A DNA stretch of 28,476 bases from a virus (taxonomy: Duplodnaviria > Caudoviricetes). The notes below the pieces were generated by a model, which was given only the letters and a program-made list of their open reading frames with translations, did no database searches and was not told the origin of the DNA. How positions within the stretch are numbered: the first letter of the stretch is position 1; each line of letters starts with the position of its first letter. Below are positions 25,041 through 28,476 of this stretch, piece after piece. The stretch lies in IMG/VR virus record IMGVR_UViG_3300037424_001003, positions 1 through 28,476 of that record; one strand, given 5' to 3'. Both the position numbers and the translations under genes were made by a program.

Positions 25041-25811
25041 CTAATAACTACAAAAACACGCGAATAAATCTTCTTGAACTGGCTCACCTGGCCGTGGCTT
25101 GTCCCGCTGCTCAATCTCTGCCAGCGTGAGCGGCGTGACTGTGCCATTCGATTGGTCACGCGCTATGGCGTACTCTGCCCGTTTGCCGCCCTTGGCGTGT
25201 TGCTCTAGTTCCCAATCGCGCACCTCCGCGAATCGCTCAGGAAAATGGACACGTAGCCTCTGCCATTCTGCAATGCCTTGACGAACGCAGCGACCACCAC
25301 AATTGTTGTGAGGGAATCCCATCTGATAGAGGCGGGGAATTTCAATTCCCCAGCTCCGCACCTCTGCAAAATAATCGTAGCTGTACGGCTTCCACAGCAG
25401 CGGGAAATCCACGTAGACGCCGGGTATCCGCTCATAGTTGCGCTTTGGTGCGTGTATCCGGTGAATCTCCGACCAATCCAGGCCCAGCAGCACGGTAACA
25501 GGTCTGGGCACACGCCACAGCCATTCGGTAAAACGATCCACTTTCAGGACAAACGAACACGGCGCCATTTTCTGATTAGGTATGATGCGCTTATCCTCAG
25601 CCACCTGGAGGGGCGTGCGACCGTCACTCGACCGTTGCAACTTGCCGCCCCACCGGGCCATACAATCAGCCAGGAAGCGGTGCAAGTCCTCATCCTCCCA
25701 GGATGTATCGGCAAACCAGAGCCACACTTTATCACGCCCGTACCGCTGAATGGCTCGGTTGGTTGCTACCGCGCTAGAAATGCCACCCGACAAACTAGAT
25801 ATGTAATACAT
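25041..25811 (-). CDS. PAPS reductase-like adenine nucleotide alpha-hydrolase
   Basis: PP-loop SLSGGISS, FADT..ED, CSFVLK, HNNCGGRCV and C-terminal CFC. Confidence 0.8.
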   Translation of the reverse strand: MYYISSLSGGISSAVATNRAIQRYGRDKVWLWFADTSWEDEDLHRFLADCMARWGGKLQRSSDGRTPLQVAEDKRIIPNQKMAPCSFVLKVDRFTEWLWRVPRPVTVLLGLDWSEIHRIHAPKRNYERIPGVYVDFPLLWKPYSYDYFAEVRSWGIEIPRLYQMGFPHNNCGGRCVRQGIAEWQRLRVHFPERFAEVRDWELEQHAKGGKRAEYAIARDQSNGTVTPLTLAEIEQRDKPRPGEPVQEDLFACFCSY

Positions 25812-25859
25812 AATTCCCTCAACAACTGCCGTGCAACAAAACTGAAGACATCATCTCTC

Positions 25860-25908
25860 ATTGTAGCACACATTCGCCGCGCGGCCTGGCCAGCCAGGCC
25901 GCGCGGCG
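25860..25908 (-). promoter_or_regulatory. Extended -10 promoter candidate with a 16-bp inverted repeat over the -35 region
   Basis: Minus strand TGTGC-TACAAT (25870-25860); CGCCGCGCGGCCTGGC-CA-GCCAGGCCGCGCGGCG at 25875-25908. Confidence 0.5.
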
Positions 25909-25979
25909 GCGGCTATCTCTTCTACGCCAAGCGCAGTATGTTTTTTTTGATGTCAATTGGCCAACTCCTCCTGTGTGAT

Positions 25980-26021
25980 TGGTGCCTAAACCTGCTCGCC
26001 GGCGCGCGATCGCTGTCACCA
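25980..26021. repeat. TGGTGACA family copy 8 (left arm TGGTGCCT)
   Basis: 42 bp, intergenic, right arm perfect. Confidence 0.7.
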
Positions 26022-26031
26022 TTCAACTTTA

Positions 26032-26412
26032 TTAGGCTAACGCGGCCACCTCGGCCCGCCGACCGCAGGGAGCGCAGCCGGGGCGGGCTGGCCGCCTGCC
26101 GGCCGGCTGGTTTAGATCCATGTAGGCGAGCCACGCCATAAAGCGCGCGCAACCGCGCGCCAGGCTGCGAACGGAAAGCGGCATACGGCGGGTGACCACC
26201 ACGCTGGCCAGGACCTGGAGGGTGGTGTCATCATCCGGGTGGATGGCCAGGCGGAGCTGCAACCAGCCGAACGTCAGTACCAGGAGCGTGGTACGCGAGA
26301 TCCAGCACCAGGGCAGGTATAGCTCACAGGTCCATTTCCTCTTCCCCGCCAGGGTCATCATTAGTCGAAAAAGTGCCAGGTAGAGATCGTCCAGAGTATC
26401 CATTATCCCCAC
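26032..26412 (-). CDS. Hypothetical protein
   Basis: ORF in operon orientation; overlaps the upstream ORF, so boundaries are uncertain. Confidence 0.4.
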   Translation of the reverse strand: MGIMDTLDDLYLALFRLMMTLAGKRKWTCELYLPWCWISRTTLLVLTFGWLQLRLAIHPDDDTTLQVLASVVVTRRMPLSVRSLARGCARFMAWLAYMDLNQPAGRRPARPGCAPCGRRAEVAALA

Positions 26413-26824
26413 GTCTGTGCCTCCTATCCTCTTCGTCTAGTCTCTCAAACATGGTCTCCGAATCGTAGAACCGGGCGCCGGGCGCCTGTATTTGTTCCTG
26501 GCCAGCGCCGGGTAGCATTGGGTACTGCCCTACGCCAGGCAGGCCGAGGCGCTGGGCTGCCCCCATTGCGCGATAGCGTTCAGTTTCGGCGCGCCATCGA
26601 TTGATCTCTGACGTGTTTTCGGCTTTGTTGGTGGCCAGCATCTCCTTCAGCCCGCTCACCAGCGTGCGCATCGCGTAGACGTGAGAGAAATGAGACACGA
26701 TCAGGAGGATCAGAATACCCAGGAACACGGAGAACACGATGGCCACGGTGTTGCCCCGGCTGGCGGCTACACCGACGAACGTGAAAAACCCGAGGATCAT
26801 GGCGATTGACAGAACCCACTTCAT
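26324..26824 (-). CDS. Two-TM membrane protein coupled to the FtsK-like gene
   Basis: Two N-terminal hydrophobic helices; ATGA overlap with the ATPase stop. Confidence 0.7.
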   Translation of the reverse strand: MKWVLSIAMILGFFTFVGVAASRGNTVAIVFSVFLGILILLIVSHFSHVYAMRTLVSGLKEMLATNKAENTSEINRWRAETERYRAMGAAQRLGLPGVGQYPMLPGAGQEQIQAPGARFYDSETMFERLDEEDRRHRRGDNGYSGRSLPGTFSTNDDPGGEEEMDL

Positions 26825-28194
26825 AGATCCACCTCACTGAGATCTAGAATTGTCTGGCCGCCCTGGCTCTCCAACAGCCGGCGCAACTCAGACAGCAACG
26901 CGATAGCCTTGCTCTTGTGCAGCTCGTGCACGGCCCGCGAGTAGCCGCGCGCCTGCGCCACGCTGCGGCTGATCGCGTCGAATCCGTCGCCAGCGACGCC
27001 CTCGGCGATGTACCAGGCCATGGTGCACATGTCGAGCTGGGTCTCAGGCCGGCCAACTTTAGCCGGCGTGGCCAGGCCGAAGAGCGTCTCCATATCGGCG
27101 TCGGTCAGCTCAAAATCGGCAAACGAATCTTTGCGCTCCAGGCTGGCCACGTCGCGGCGCGTGGGCTGTGCGACCTGGAAGCGGTCGATCATCGGATTGC
27201 CGGCCGCCAGGTGGATGAAATCACCCCGGTAGGCCAGCATCTCGGCGCTGGTCTCGCCCCGGCCGGTGGCCACCACGGCGTCGGCTTTGTTGGAGACGGT
27301 GCCGACGTAGCGCTGGCCGGCCAGGCGGATGGCATCCTCCATGCGGCTGACACGCGGGCGCTGGGTGGCCAGCACGAGCTGCATCTTGTCCTTGCGCCCG
27401 CCTCGGGCGATCATCTCCAGGAGAGTCAAATAGCCCTGGTGCATCTCCAGGACCTGGTCGGTCTCGTCAATCACGACCACCAAGAGCGGAGGGTTGGCAT
27501 CCTGTTGTCGCTGGCGAGCGAGAAGCTGCGTGCCGGCATACATCAGAGCCCGCTTGATTTCCTCGGGCGTGTTGGCTGCGTGATCAAAAGCCTGGTGCAC
27601 CTCGCCCTCGAACTGCTCCACGTGGTCTTTTTTGTGGGGCGAGATGATGACCATTTGCATTTGGTCCGGCGCGTAGGTGTGGCATAGGGCGTAGATGATG
27701 CTCTGTAGTAGCGTGCTCTTGCCCGAGCCGGGCATTCCAGCAATTAGCAGGTTGGGCGGGTCGAAGCTGACTTCCATCTGCCGGCCGTTCTCGGCGATGC
27801 CGATGCCCAGCCCGGTCACATCGTCGCGGGTGCAAAATTGCCAGAAGCGCGCGGGCAACTCCACCTGGTAGGTGATGTCGCCCGGATCACCGGGATCCAC
27901 GCGGCCGATGACGTGCGGCGCGCCGATGGCGTAGGCCAAGTCGGGCGCCATTTGCAGCGCCTGCTTGCGCTTGAGTGGATCGGCCAGGCGCACCAGGTAC
28001 GACAGATGGCGCGGGCCGCGACGCAGGCCGCGCAACCGGGTGGTGCGGTGCACCAGGCCGCCATAGGCGCGATGCTCGTGTAATCCCTTTTCCAGCATCA
28101 TCTCGTGCAGGCGGTCCGCGTAGGACCTGGCCCGCATACCCAGCCCGGTTGGCTGGCTGGAAATGTCGTGGTCTCTCATTTTTCGTCCAATCAT
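26821..28194 (-). CDS. FtsK/SpoIIIE family ATPase
   Basis: PNLLIAGMPGSGKS (Walker A), LVVVIDE (Walker B), ARGGRK..MQLVLATQRP, AEMLAYRGD. Confidence 0.9.
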   Translation of the reverse strand: MIGRKMRDHDISSQPTGLGMRARSYADRLHEMMLEKGLHEHRAYGGLVHRTTRLRGLRRGPRHLSYLVRLADPLKRKQALQMAPDLAYAIGAPHVIGRVDPGDPGDITYQVELPARFWQFCTRDDVTGLGIGIAENGRQMEVSFDPPNLLIAGMPGSGKSTLLQSIIYALCHTYAPDQMQMVIISPHKKDHVEQFEGEVHQAFDHAANTPEEIKRALMYAGTQLLARQRQQDANPPLLVVVIDETDQVLEMHQGYLTLLEMIARGGRKDKMQLVLATQRPRVSRMEDAIRLAGQRYVGTVSNKADAVVATGRGETSAEMLAYRGDFIHLAAGNPMIDRFQVAQPTRRDVASLERKDSFADFELTDADMETLFGLATPAKVGRPETQLDMCTMAWYIAEGVAGDGFDAISRSVAQARGYSRAVHELHKSKAIALLSELRRLLESQGGQTILDLSEVDL

Positions 28195-28218
28195 GGCGAA
28201 TCTACCTCAAAATAATTT

Positions 28219-28320
28219 TCAACCAGGTTTTTCAGCCAGGTAGCAATACCAGATCATGACGGCCGCCAGGCCGATCATCAGGCCCAACCTGAAGCCAAAC
28301 ATGAATTCGGCCATGGTCAT
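28219..28320 (-). CDS. 33-aa hydrophobic peptide
   Basis: MTMAEFMFGFRLGLMIGLAAVMIWYCYLAEKPG*; ATGA overlap and purine-rich RBS. Confidence 0.45.
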   Translation of the reverse strand: MTMAEFMFGFRLGLMIGLAAVMIWYCYLAEKPG

Positions 28321-28475
28321 TCTCCCTTCCCCATCCCCGGCGAGATCAGGGGCTGGTTTCCCTTGCGGGTTACCGTACCCAGCACCATGACCCATTCCGG
28401 ATCGTGCTCGACAATGGTCCCTGCGTGATCCATGTAACTGCCGGGGATGATCTCCGTAACGACGCGCCCCGCGTT
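28317..28475 (-). CDS. 3' end of a hypothetical ORF running off the window
   Basis: Open frame NAGRVVTEIIPGSYMDHAG...MGKGE*. Confidence 0.5.
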   Translation of the reverse strand, partial: NAGRVVTEIIPGSYMDHAGTIVEHDPEWVMVLGTVTRKGNQPLISPGMGKGE

Positions 28476-28476
28476 G

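Larger units (their letters stand above)
1..28476. mobile_element. Temperate siphovirus-like phage/prophage (partial)
   Basis: Integrase, att-like tRNA fragment, repressor switch and a complete head-tail gene order; no host housekeeping genes seen. Confidence 0.95.

Noticed and set aside
4441-26021. The TGGTGACA elements as CRISPR repeats, MITEs or matS sites
   Set aside because: They are dispersed rather than arrayed, no target-site duplications or transposase were seen, and although the GTGAC/GTCAC half-sites echo enterobacterial matS the spacing is entirely different.

Overview
This window is a large part of a GC-rich temperate tailed (siphovirus-like) phage or prophage genome; a Chloroflexota-type host is my impression from gene style only. 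From left to right it holds the 3' end of a tyrosine integrase, then a promoter plus the 5' half only of a tRNA-Phe (probable attP). Next come an Excalibur lipoprotein moron, an XRE repressor with a mirror-symmetric divergent promoter switch, and an early operon (SWIM Zn-finger protein, DdrB-like ssDNA-binding/annealing protein, small ORFs). A second XerC/D-like recombinase follows, preceded by a 13-6-13 dif-like site. The late operon opens with a short leader ORF and terminator and continues through a holin-like gene, TerS, TerL, portal, minor head, scaffold, major capsid, head-tail genes, tail tube, a -1 frameshifting tail chaperone, a short tape measure and tail/fibre genes. A convergent minus-strand arm carries a PAPS-reductase-like gene and an FtsK/SpoIIIE ATPase. 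The most striking unexplained signal is a dispersed intergenic motif, TGGTGACA-N26 (or N37)-TGTCACCA, present in 8 copies at 7 loci; the two spacer lengths differ by one helical turn. No endolysin and no CRISPR array were recognised. All calls come from reading the sequence by eye, with no database searches.
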